This document shows, piece after piece, positions 28,595-37,569 of a DNA stretch of 64,000 bases. The position numbers were made by a program, and so were the translations under genes. Within the stretch, counting starts at the first letter, position 1. The number at the start of each line of letters is the position of its first letter. The DNA is from Prochlorococcus sp. AG-409-L14 (GTDB lineage: Bacteria; Cyanobacteriota; Cyanobacteriia; PCC-6307; Cyanobiaceae). The notes below the pieces were generated by a model. The model did no database searches and was not told the DNA's origin. It saw only the letters and a list, made by a program, of their open reading frames with translations. The stretch is taken from NCBI GenBank assembly GCA_003215545.1, contig QCKF01000002.1, forward strand, positions 14,276 through 78,275, read 5' to 3'.

Positions 28595-28879
28595 ATGATC
28601 CACAGGATTTTATTTCTGATTTTCTTTTTCTCCTTATCCTTCTTGATTTTTCATTTGGTTAGAAGGAGGATTAGTACTCTATATTTCAAGATAAATGCAA
28701 ATAATAATATGAATCAATGGTTAAATATGTCTAAGGATCAAAGGAAGAAATCATATGAACGTTATCAAGTTGAGACATCAATTAGAAAGAAATCTCTTCT
28801 TGAGGAAATCAGAAAAGAATACACTAGTATTAAGAATGATAGGACATACAAAGGCAAGCCACCATTCTCACCTTTGTAG
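28595..28879 (+). CDS. hypothetical N-terminally anchored basic protein
   Basis: TM helix (ILFLIFFFSLSFLIF) followed by a Lys/Arg-rich soluble tail. No known motif. Confidence 0.35.
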   Translation: MIHRILFLIFFFSLSFLIFHLVRRRISTLYFKINANNNMNQWLNMSKDQRKKSYERYQVETSIRKKSLLEEIRKEYTSIKNDRTYKGKPPFSPL

Positions 28880-28910
28880 TTAATAGTTATTTATCCAAAA
28901 CTTATCTTTT

Positions 28911-29285
28911 ATGAGAGGAATGAACTGGCCCCCAAACAAGGCATGGACTAGCACAGACTTGCGTTTAGGTTATAGGCATTTTGTCGCTATTAACTATGGA
29001 GGTAAGGGTAAAGACAGATGGGTGATATTGGCCTCTGTTTTAGAGGCTGACTCCAGACTTAAAGTCTCCTGGAATGAGCTTAATGATAAAGAACGATGGA
29101 ATACTGGTTGGGCACAGCTTCCAAGAGATGAGGCCAATCCAGCATCCAATCTGGAAAAAACATTGAGTGGTATTTCGAATGAGTCTCAGGAATATCTTTG
29201 CTTGCACCCTTCAAGCGATTCTGGACTTTTCATACCTTCTCATGATAAGGAACTTAGGAGATGGTTTATAGAAGAGAACGAGTAA
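28911..29285 (+). CDS. Trp-rich protein (TIGR02450-like N-terminal domain with C-terminal extension)
   Basis: NWPPNKAWTS...GYRHFVAIN...RWVILASV...RWNTGWAQL matches my recollection of the picocyanobacterial Trp-rich family. Confidence 0.45.
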   Translation: MRGMNWPPNKAWTSTDLRLGYRHFVAINYGGKGKDRWVILASVLEADSRLKVSWNELNDKERWNTGWAQLPRDEANPASNLEKTLSGISNESQEYLCLHPSSDSGLFIPSHDKELRRWFIEENE

Positions 29286-29374
29286 GAATTAAGCTAAATG
29301 TTTTTACCATCAATCACAAAAAGGCTTCCAATTTAAAATAGTTGAGTTAAAAATGACTTAGTCTTATAGAGCAA

Positions 29375-29617
29375 ATGGTAACCAAACCTTGGGTTACATC
29401 CAAAAAGGCAAGTGAACTACTTGGTGTGAGTGAACAAACCCTTAATAAATGGCGAGAAGTTGGGTACCTAAAACCTGGAACACATTGGAGGAGTTCCCCT
29501 GGCTTAGGTCAGCAACCTTGGTCCCCTCAAGTTATTTACCATTTATTGTGGTGTAAGGAGAAAATAGAATACTGGCGAATGCATGACGCACCTTTGGATA
29601 AAGCTGAAGCAGCCTGA
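29375..29617 (+). CDS. small helix-turn-helix DNA-binding protein (excisionase/MerR-like)
   Basis: SKKASELLGVSEQTLNKWREVGYL is a canonical HTH of the excisionase/AlpA/MerR N-terminal type. Confidence 0.55.
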   Translation: MVTKPWVTSKKASELLGVSEQTLNKWREVGYLKPGTHWRSSPGLGQQPWSPQVIYHLLWCKEKIEYWRMHDAPLDKAEAA

Positions 29618-29748
29618 TTTGCTTTTTTATATAACTGCGTATCAATTAAGGATAATTTCTGGTTTTTCTCATTAACCTTTCACCTTCCTATCAGAAGGAC
29701 AGAAAGGTCTATTTACCTATTTAAAGTAGTTAGGCTTGTTTTAAAGAA

Positions 29749-29970
29749 CTAATTAACAAGCCCCTCATCCTTGCATCCTTCTATAGAGCTTTGTAGGACA
29801 GGATAAAGACTTATCATTCGACTGTAAGCCTCTGAACTTCTGTAGCAGGCTGCTTGCTTTCTATAATGATCTTCTGTTGCCATAAGGTTGTTCTTGATGG
29901 ATTCTCCTTCAATTCTGTTGGTTTCCATTTCCCCAAATGCAATGGATTCCCTCTTCTGATAGATGCTCAT
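29749..29970 (-). CDS. hypothetical protein
   Basis: 73-aa ORF with no motif recognised. Confidence 0.25.
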   Translation of the reverse strand: MSIYQKRESIAFGEMETNRIEGESIKNNLMATEDHYRKQAACYRSSEAYSRMISLYPVLQSSIEGCKDEGLVN

Positions 29971-30521
29971 TCAGCTTGGTAATCACTTTGTAAGAATAAT
30001 TACATAATTCACTTTACGATAGTTGATTTAATGCATTAGCAAGGAGGAGCTTTGCTAATTAACTTGAAACCAATATATTTATAATAAATTTGGAGGATTT
30101 CCCTGGATTCCGAGGATTGCACCCCACTTCTTTGATCCTAAATAAACGAAACTAGCTTAAAGGAAGCTAGTTTTTCTTGGGCACTTATACCTAGATATGA
30201 ATTAGTATATTTTTTTCATGATAAAGCAAAATTTGTACTTATGCAATGTATATATAAGACTTTATTGATTAACTAAACAGGTAAAAATGGAATAATTAAT
30301 AATTGAATAAAAACCATGACATCAACACAGATAGAATTAATTGGACAGTCTCTTGCTTACCATCCTCCTGTTGTAATAGGAACTTTGCTATTTTTTCAGA
30401 CTTTTAAAAGAAGGCTTTACTACCAAAATAAGAAAAAAAGAGAGCTAATAAATTCTAATTAGAAAAGAAATCCTATCCATCCTATATAAATAGGAGTATT
30501 TAGAAGCATATCCTTCCGTGT

Positions 30522-30689
30522 CTATTGAATTAATTCGGAGGGTAGTCCAGGAACAAATTTTTTGAAAAAAGTAATAACAAACCACAGGGCTAGAATGTTT
30601 CCAATCATTGCCAAAGCGAATCGAATTCTTAAATCCTTTATGAATGGGAGGATTGATTCCCATAATTGAAGTAGTGGACCACCTGACAT
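30522..30689 (-). CDS. possible 55-aa membrane mini-protein (alternative frame to track ORF 30445..30663)
   Basis: The reverse strand reads MSGGPLLQLWESILPFIKDLRIRFALAMIGNILALWFVITFFKKFVPGLPSELIQ. It has a clean TM helix flanked by positive charges. The overlapping 72-aa track ORF looks compositionally random. Confidence 0.35.
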   Translation of the reverse strand: MSGGPLLQLWESILPFIKDLRIRFALAMIGNILALWFVITFFKKFVPGLPSELIQ

Positions 30690-30967
30690 TGCTTTAGTTT
30701 TCTTGTTGAGAAGAAGAGTTAGGCTACATATCTATAAGTAAGGTCCTTAATGACCTGCGTTATAGACAGATTTTTAAAACTGCTAGGACAAGATGAAAAA
30801 CTCATGCCAGCGTTAGAACCTTAGCCTTTTATAGATACGGAATAACAACAACCTTAAGTCCAATAGGTATTTTGCGCAAATTTACACAATGTAAAAGTCT
30901 TGAAGCTAGTCAAATTCCTAGTGCGATTAAGAGTAAGGTCGTAGCGTCTTGCCGCTTTGCACTTCTA

Positions 30968-32020
30968 ATGCAGACCTATGGAAACCCAGGCGTCACCTAT
31001 GGATGGTGGGCTGGAAATTCTGGGGTCACCAATCGCTCAGGCAAATTTATTGCAGCACACGCCGCTCATACCGGTTTGATTGCTTTCTGGGCTGGTGCCT
31101 TCACCCTTTTTGAACTTGCTCGCTTTGACCCCTCGGTGCCTATGGGTCATCAGCCTCTTATTGCTCTGCCTCACTTGGCAGCGTTAGGCATTGGTTTCGA
31201 CGAAGCTGGTGCCTGGGTAGGTGGTTCTGCTGTAACTTCAATCGCAATTGTCCACCTTGTTCTCTCAATGGTTTATGGAGCAGGTGGACTACTTCATTCC
31301 CTACTTTTTGTAGGTGATATGCAGGATTCAGAATTAATTCAAGCTAGGAAATTCAAGCTTGAATGGGACAACCCTGACAATCAGACTTTTATCCTTGGAC
31401 ACCATCTGATCTTCCTTGGTGTAGCAAACATACAGTTTGTTGAATGGGCCAGAACACATGGCATTTACGATGCTGCTCTAGGTGCTGTAAGACAAGTTCA
31501 ATACAATTTGGATTTGACTCAAATCTGGAATCATCAATTTGACTTCCTATCAATTAGTAGTTTGGAAGATGTAATGGGTGGACATGCCTTCCTTGCATTC
31601 TTCATGATTGGTGGTGGAGCCTTTCATATAGCTACTAAGCAAATTGGTGAATATACCCAATTCAAAGGTTCAGGTTTGCTTTCAGCCGAAGCCATCCTTT
31701 CTTGGTCTCTGGCAGGTATTGGTTGGATGGCAATAGTTGCAGCTTTCTGGTGCGCAACTAACACCACTGTTTATCCAGAAGCTTTCTTTGGTGAGACATT
31801 AGCTCTCAAGTTCAGTATTGCTCCTTACTGGATCGACACTGTTGACCTACCTGATGGACTTCATACTTCCAGAGCATGGTTAAGTAACGTTCATTATTAT
31901 TTGGGATTCTTCTTTATACAAGGACATCTATGGCATGCCTTGCGCGCTATGGGCTTTGATTTCAAGCGTGTAGCTAATGCTATTGGCAACCTTGATAATG
32001 CAAGCGTTTCATTAAAATAA
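30968..32020 (+). CDS. pcb: chlorophyll a/b-binding light-harvesting protein Pcb (IsiA/CP43 family)
   Basis: MQTYGNPGVTYGWWAGNSGVTNRSGKFIAAHAAHTGLIAFWAG is the hallmark Prochlorococcus Pcb N-terminus. Six-helix CP43-like architecture. The start is set at the internal ATG at 30968, not the track start at 30872. Confidence 0.9.
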   Translation: MQTYGNPGVTYGWWAGNSGVTNRSGKFIAAHAAHTGLIAFWAGAFTLFELARFDPSVPMGHQPLIALPHLAALGIGFDEAGAWVGGSAVTSIAIVHLVLSMVYGAGGLLHSLLFVGDMQDSELIQARKFKLEWDNPDNQTFILGHHLIFLGVANIQFVEWARTHGIYDAALGAVRQVQYNLDLTQIWNHQFDFLSISSLEDVMGGHAFLAFFMIGGGAFHIATKQIGEYTQFKGSGLLSAEAILSWSLAGIGWMAIVAAFWCATNTTVYPEAFFGETLALKFSIAPYWIDTVDLPDGLHTSRAWLSNVHYYLGFFFIQGHLWHALRAMGFDFKRVANAIGNLDNASVSLK

Positions 32021-32049
32021 AGATTGAATCTTTATTAGTTCATCAAAAA

Positions 32050-32077
32050 GACCTCGTCACTCAGACGGGGTCTTTTT
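32050..32077 (+). terminator. rho-independent terminator downstream of pcb
   Basis: GACCTCGTC-ACTCA-GACGGGGTC (9-bp stem with one G-U pair) followed by TTTTT, 30 nt after the stop. Confidence 0.7.
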
Positions 32078-32670
32078 ATATGAGGCGTTCTTCTGCCTTC
32101 ATCTAATAGATTCATTTAAATAGTCTTTTTATATTGATGCAACAAGCTTTACTTTATGGCGACGAGTCAGCATCAAATGTATTGGTAAAAGAAACTTATA
32201 CCGATTTTTGAAATAGCCACGATTAAATTGCTTCATATAGTGTCATCGCTTTTTAATACCGCTATATATGGTAGTTGCATTCTTCCTGTAAATATCGCTT
32301 TATTGGTTGGAGTAGAAAAAACAAATGTCGATTAAAAACTTTCAGCTTCAGGCTAATTACTTCGATTCTAAGGACGAAGCGAAAAGACTTGTCTTCTCTA
32401 ATCCGAAAACTTTATTCGGATTATTTGAATTGCTACTGCATGCGGTACTTCTTATCTGTCTAATATAGAAATTTGTTTTTCTCTTTAATTAAATTGCTAT
32501 GAATATTTTTACCTTCTCCTCCTGGTAATTAGTATTAATTAATTCGGGTCTGATAATAGTGTTTTGAAACTCCTTTAGATTTTCTTCTTTTGTTACTATT
32601 TATATGCACTAACTACTAAAGTCTAATCCCAAGCTTTTTTGTCCTAGAAGTTTCTTAGCTCTATCAAGAG

Positions 32671-34065
32671 ATGGAATTTATTCTTGTTGGGTTACCTTTC
32701 GAAATTGAGATCAATACTTTTCCTGCTTTAGCTTTAGCCGGAGGATTGTTTTGCCTTTTAGCCCTGTTATTAAGTTTTGGGAGAAGACTTGAGCCAACTC
32801 TTAAGCTTGAAAGACTTGGTGTACCAATATCTTTGATAATCGGATTGGGAGCTGTCCTTATAGGTCCATATGGCCCAAGTCCTTTGCTGCCTCACTCAGT
32901 TACAGATGTTTGGATTCAACTTACAACGCCTTTACTCACTCTAGTTTTTGCAACTTTAATGTTAGGCAGGCCGCTGCCATCCCCAAAAGGACTTTGGTCT
33001 CCGGTCGCCTATCAAGCATCTTTGGGGCTTTTTTTGGGAATTGGCCAGTATTTTGTAGGTGGTTTAGTTGTTTCATATTTTCTAATTCCTAGGTTGAATG
33101 TTGATCCTCTAATGGGATGCCTTATTGAAGTTGGATTTGAGGGAGGCCATGGAGCTGCCGCAATAATGGGAGATACCTTTTTAGATTTAGGTTTTTCAAA
33201 AGGTATTGATCTTGGATATGCTATGGCTACTGTTGGCTTATTATCCTCGACAGTTATTGGAAGCACACTTGTAGTAATTGCAAGGAGTTTTGGCTGGTTA
33301 AATCCATATGATCCAAATGATACAAGTAGTACTGGAGCTAGTGATAAATCCATTGACATTGCCTCTCTTTTTAGAGACCTTGCCGTAAATTTAGGATTGG
33401 CAGGAATTGCCGTTGGGATTGGAATTTTTCTACTAGAATTTTTAAAGTTATTAAGTCCTATATTTGGACCAATGTATTCGAGAATAGCTGAGAATTTCCC
33501 TGTTTTCCCTTTGGTTTTAATTGGATCATTATTAGTTCGATATTTATTAGAAGTTACAGAAATGACTGGTGTAGTATCACAGTTATTGCAAAGAGAGATA
33601 GGCTCACTTGCTACTGATTTATTAATAATAACTGCAACTGCAAGTTTAGATCTATCAATCCTTAAGGAAGATTGGCAGGTTTTAGCAGTCTTGTCTTTGA
33701 CGGGATTAACTTGGAATTTATTTGCAATGCTGCTTTATGCAAGACTTATATTGAGAAATGATTGGTTTGAGCGCTCAATAACAGAATTTGGTAATGCTAC
33801 TGGAGTAGCAGCAACTGGTCTTTTGTTACTTAGACTCTCTGATCCACTGAATCTCACGAAGACTCTTCCTACTTTTTCAATAAAGCAGTTATTTCTGCAA
33901 CCTTTGTTATCTGGAGGTTTAATTACAGTTCTTGCTCCATTTATAGTTACTGAAATTGGACTTAAGTCCTGGACAAGTGTTTGTGGAATTCTTTCACTAT
34001 TGTTGGTATCTATACCAGCATTAATTCAATTTTATTTCAACAAAGAATTTGAATTAATCAATTAG
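32671..34065 (+). CDS. sodium/glutamate symporter-family (GltS/ESS) membrane transporter
   Basis: Polytopic protein. DPLMGCLIEVGFEGGHGAAA parallels E. coli GltS DPLMGLLAGSITLSGGHGTGAA. A second re-entrant-like segment is EFGNATGVAATG. Confidence 0.6.
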   Translation: MEFILVGLPFEIEINTFPALALAGGLFCLLALLLSFGRRLEPTLKLERLGVPISLIIGLGAVLIGPYGPSPLLPHSVTDVWIQLTTPLLTLVFATLMLGRPLPSPKGLWSPVAYQASLGLFLGIGQYFVGGLVVSYFLIPRLNVDPLMGCLIEVGFEGGHGAAAIMGDTFLDLGFSKGIDLGYAMATVGLLSSTVIGSTLVVIARSFGWLNPYDPNDTSSTGASDKSIDIASLFRDLAVNLGLAGIAVGIGIFLLEFLKLLSPIFGPMYSRIAENFPVFPLVLIGSLLVRYLLEVTEMTGVVSQLLQREIGSLATDLLIITATASLDLSILKEDWQVLAVLSLTGLTWNLFAMLLYARLILRNDWFERSITEFGNATGVAATGLLLLRLSDPLNLTKTLPTFSIKQLFLQPLLSGGLITVLAPFIVTEIGLKSWTSVCGILSLLLVSIPALIQFYFNKEFELIN

Positions 34066-34121
34066 TGGTTGCTTAATTCAATTTTTATTATATTGTTTAA
34101 TGTATAGAATAAACTGACTAA

Positions 34122-34382
34122 ATGCATCCTCATTCCTTTAACGATGTGCCAAGACAAGAATCTCGTGAGAAGTGGTTTAAAAGTCATTTACTAGATAGAG
34201 AGGTCGAGCTTAGAGAGTTATATGAGATGCCCCAGCCAGATTTAGATTTGCTCATGGCAGAAACAGCAGAGCTACGAAGTGACCCGACAAATAGAGAAAG
34301 AAATCTTGGTAAATTTTGTACGGCAGGTTATTTTTTGGAATTGGCTAGATTAATAGACAATAGAAGGTTAAACGAAAAATAA
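34122..34382 (+). CDS. hypothetical protein
   Basis: 86-aa ORF, charged and helical. No motif. Confidence 0.3.
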   Translation: MHPHSFNDVPRQESREKWFKSHLLDREVELRELYEMPQPDLDLLMAETAELRSDPTNRERNLGKFCTAGYFLELARLIDNRRLNEK

Positions 34383-34384
34383 TT

Positions 34385-35269
34385 TCATTTAATTCCCTTT
34401 TTTAATACAGACAAATCATTATTTTCATAACCTTGCTTGATTAATTCTTCCTCAATCTCTTTTATAGCTTTAGTTATAGGTAAATCAATTCCTAAATCGC
34501 TAGCTATCTCAAGAGCTATTTTTAGATCCTTATTGTGGTGCTTTAACTTAAAACCTGGATAGTAGCTGTCATTGATCATATTTGATGACCTATTCTTTAG
34601 GGCCCATGAAAAGGCTGCCCCATCCTTTAATGAATTAACTACTTTATTCATTGGCAAGCCGAGTTTTGTACCCATTGCTATACCTTCGGCTAGGGATGCA
34701 TAACATCCAGCAACTAGAATTTGGTTTACAGCTTTAACCTCCTGTCCTTTTCCTATCTCGCCATAGAAATGGATATTATTACCAATATTTCTCAGAATAG
34801 GTAGACACTCTTTGAACACATACTCATTTCCACTAGCCAAAATTGTTAGAGTGCCATTTATTGCAGCTTCAGTCCCTCCAGTTACAGGAGCATCTAAATA
34901 ACTAATACTTCTTTCTTTTAATTTACTATTTATTTCTCTAGATTTGTTTGGTGTAATAGTAGATAAGTTTATTACTATACAACCTTTACTTATATTACTA
35001 ATAGCACCTTTGTTCCCAAAGATAACATCTTCTACAGCACTATCATCATTTACGCAAATAAGTAAGGCGTTGACTTTTAGAGATGAATCTTGTGGACTTT
35101 CGGAAAACTTTGCACCCTTTAATAAAACTTTAGTTTCTTTTGAAATTGTTCTTGAAAATACTTTTAGCTTGTATGCACCTTTTATAAGATTTTTTACCAT
35201 AGGTATACCCATAGCACCTAAGCCTATAAAAGCTATCTCAGCTGGGGGATGTAAAGTCTGCTTAGCCAT
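34385..35269 (-). CDS. NAD(P)-dependent 3-hydroxyisobutyrate/6-phosphogluconate dehydrogenase-family oxidoreductase
   Basis: IAFIGLGAMGIPM Rossmann motif, DAPVTGG and KDLKIALE (catalytic Lys region). Confidence 0.8.
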   Translation of the reverse strand: MAKQTLHPPAEIAFIGLGAMGIPMVKNLIKGAYKLKVFSRTISKETKVLLKGAKFSESPQDSSLKVNALLICVNDDSAVEDVIFGNKGAISNISKGCIVINLSTITPNKSREINSKLKERSISYLDAPVTGGTEAAINGTLTILASGNEYVFKECLPILRNIGNNIHFYGEIGKGQEVKAVNQILVAGCYASLAEGIAMGTKLGLPMNKVVNSLKDGAAFSWALKNRSSNMINDSYYPGFKLKHHNKDLKIALEIASDLGIDLPITKAIKEIEEELIKQGYENNDLSVLKKGIK

Positions 35270-35278
35270 TAGATTTGT

Positions 35279-35974
35279 TCAACTTGCTAGTAAATATATT
35301 GGCTCCTGATCAGGAGCCCAAGGATCGTTCTTCTTCATTATTTGTTTGTATAGAGGATGTTCTAAGAAATAGAAAAGCCAAATCTTCAAGCTTTCAAGCT
35401 CTTTGTCATCATCTAATTTACTTGGATTTACAAGCCGATATTGTCTAATAAATGGCCATATTGCCCAATCGGCAAGACTTTCTTTGCTATCGATAATGAA
35501 TCCAGGATTTTTATTAGAAGTATTAAATTCGATCATACTATTGAGATCTAGTAATATTTCTCTCGCTTTTAGGTTGGCGAATTCTTTGTCAATATTCTTG
35601 TATCTAGAATTATATTTATAAGCATCAAGATAATATTTAAATTCTTTGTCATTTCTATGAATTATTTCGTATATGTTTTTATTCTTGGCCTTGTCCTCTA
35701 TTCTACTAATGTCCATTCTATTAGATATGTTTAAGCTCCAATGAATAATATCTAAACTCTCATCAACTATATTCATATCAGGTGTTATCAATACAGGCAC
35801 TGTAGCCTTTTTTGAGGTCTCTATTAACTCTTTTGGCTTATCTTTTAGGCTGACTTCTCTGCATATAACATTATGATTTACTGAACTAAGTGCCCATCTT
35901 GCCCTTATTGCATAAGGGCATCTTCTAAAGGTATATAAGATCGATTCTTTCAAATTGTTCAGGATTATAGTCAT
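35279..35974 (-). CDS. glutathione S-transferase N-terminal-domain (thioredoxin-fold) protein
   Basis: LYTFRRCPYAIRARWAL and TVPVLI are GST/Grx2-like motifs. The start is set at the ATG at 35974, and the upstream 28 codons of the track ORF look non-coding. Confidence 0.55.
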   Translation of the reverse strand: MTIILNNLKESILYTFRRCPYAIRARWALSSVNHNVICREVSLKDKPKELIETSKKATVPVLITPDMNIVDESLDIIHWSLNISNRMDISRIEDKAKNKNIYEIIHRNDKEFKYYLDAYKYNSRYKNIDKEFANLKAREILLDLNSMIEFNTSNKNPGFIIDSKESLADWAIWPFIRQYRLVNPSKLDDDKELESLKIWLFYFLEHPLYKQIMKKNDPWAPDQEPIYLLAS

Positions 35975-36081
35975 TATATTATTATGTAGGTTTGATTTTA
36001 GCAATTGAATAAGATTAATGTTTAAGTATCTTATCCTTAGTTTATGACAGCTTTCCAAAAAGGTTCGATTGTTTAATTTCT

Positions 36082-36579
36082 CTAATTTATCAATGGTAGG
36101 ATTCTATTGAATAATATTTGGATCACATTGTAGCTCCATAATACAACAAGAATGATTAGTAATGTTTTTATATCCTTTTTATTTACACTATATATTAGCT
36201 TTTTAAGTTGTATTACTCTCAAAAAACTATAAGAAAGGCCTATAAGAACTGTAAATCCTTTGCCGATTATTAGGAAGCAGGCAATCTCAACTATTATTTG
36301 AGACATAAGGAATTTAAAATAATTATCAAGAAAATGCTTTTCGTTAGTTTTTAGAAAAATTAATTTATATAAATATGGAGTTAAAATAGTAAGGATAAAA
36401 TAAAATAAAAAATATGATTTTGGTAGAGGTTTTTCGATTATAATTTTTGCTAAGCTTAATTCAATTACCCCTGAGACTTGAGTAAGTGATATCAAGTAGA
36501 GAATAGCAATACTTGCAAATGTAAAACCAAATATTGATTTTTTACTAGTAAAAGCTTGCCTTAGGTAATTATCTTTCAC
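36082..36579 (-). CDS. hypothetical polytopic membrane protein
   Basis: Four to five hydrophobic helices. No motif recognised. Confidence 0.4.
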   Translation of the reverse strand: MKDNYLRQAFTSKKSIFGFTFASIAILYLISLTQVSGVIELSLAKIIIEKPLPKSYFLFYFILTILTPYLYKLIFLKTNEKHFLDNYFKFLMSQIIVEIACFLIIGKGFTVLIGLSYSFLRVIQLKKLIYSVNKKDIKTLLIILVVLWSYNVIQILFNRILPLIN

Positions 36580-36822
36580 GGATTAGTAAATTTATGTTCC
36601 TTGTAATGAAGGGATTTCAATAAAAAATTACTTATGTGTCTTGTTATTAAAGTATTATGTAATGGAATGCTTAAAGCTGAGTTTATTCTGCTGAAGTTTA
36701 ATTTTGTTGATTTCTTTGATTGATACTCTTGCAAATTCATTCAGGAGGTTGCATAACTGGGGAACGTAGAATAATTCTACTGTTTCTGCTGTTCTACTTG
36801 CGATCTTTCAAGGTTTTTTTAA

Positions 36823-37068
36823 ATGGAACTATTGCATTATTTACATTTTCTCGAGCCTTTTCAAAACCAGATTGCTGAATTCTACTCAGTTACCACTGCT
36901 GTAGTAACCGTATTGTTTGCTCTATGGTGTATTAATTTCATATTGAGCCTGATCCATAAAACTTATTCTATAGGTAGGACCATAGGAAAGTTTTACTGGA
37001 GATATATTCACAAGGCTCTTACAAGCTCATCAAAAAATCTTAGAAAAGTTTCGTTTAGGGTGTTTTGA
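36823..37068 (+). CDS. hypothetical small membrane protein
   Basis: One clear TM helix (VTTAVVTVLFALWCINFILSLI). Confidence 0.3.
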   Translation: MELLHYLHFLEPFQNQIAEFYSVTTAVVTVLFALWCINFILSLIHKTYSIGRTIGKFYWRYIHKALTSSSKNLRKVSFRVF

Positions 37069-37223
37069 TGATGGATATACTTGCTTGGCCACGCATTTGG
37101 TGGACTTTTGTTGCCTGCTCAGGCTATTAATCCCTTTGTTTGTAAAAAATGTATGTTGAGGCAAGGTTAGAGGGTTTGAAACCTAGATACCTCGACCTCA
37201 ACAATAAGAGCAGATTCCTCTGC

Positions 37224-37361
37224 TTAGCTACCAAAAATGCTTGCAGCTACAGTACCAACTGCTATGACTAGGCCACCCCATTTAATGATTGGCTTTGAAT
37301 TGTCATAGGAAGAAGCTACCAAGATGGCAGCTAGCTGAATCACAAGAAGCTCTTGGGTCAT
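37224..37361 (-). CDS. possible 45-aa two-helix mini-protein
   Basis: The reverse strand reads MTQELLVIQLAAILVASSYDNSKPIIKWGGLVIAVGTVAASIFGS. It is followed by a GCAGA-GGAA-TCTGC hairpin right after the stop. Below the ORF-track cutoff. Confidence 0.3.
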   Translation of the reverse strand: MTQELLVIQLAAILVASSYDNSKPIIKWGGLVIAVGTVAASIFGS

Positions 37362-37569
37362 GGGGACCAATTTATTAGGCTTTGGTTTTGTAGCAAGGAT
37401 TACAATCCACGTCCATAATTATTAAGTTAAACCATTCCTAAGGGTTCACGCTTGTACTAAATGGAACATATGCAGGTGATTTGCGTTGGTTTATCAGGAG
37501 AGAGATTGCTTTATATGCATAATAAAAATAGTACTTAATCTACATTAACGATATATTGTTTGAAAAAAC

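Noticed and set aside
30040-30200. Looked for a tRNA gene or tRNA-derived att site near the island boundaries. I also checked 37150-37200 and 39700-39800.
   Set aside because: No cloverleaf with a GTTCRANYC T-loop and CCA-compatible acceptor stem could be assembled by eye. A tRNAscan run would be needed to be certain.
32275-32463. 62-aa track ORF, and an overlapping 47-codon ATG ORF (32325..32468), in the 650-bp gap between pcb and the GltS-like gene.
   Set aside because: The composition is odd (Cys/Arg/Lys-rich), there is no motif, and there are two competing frames. This is more likely non-coding promoter or UTR DNA. I left both unannotated.
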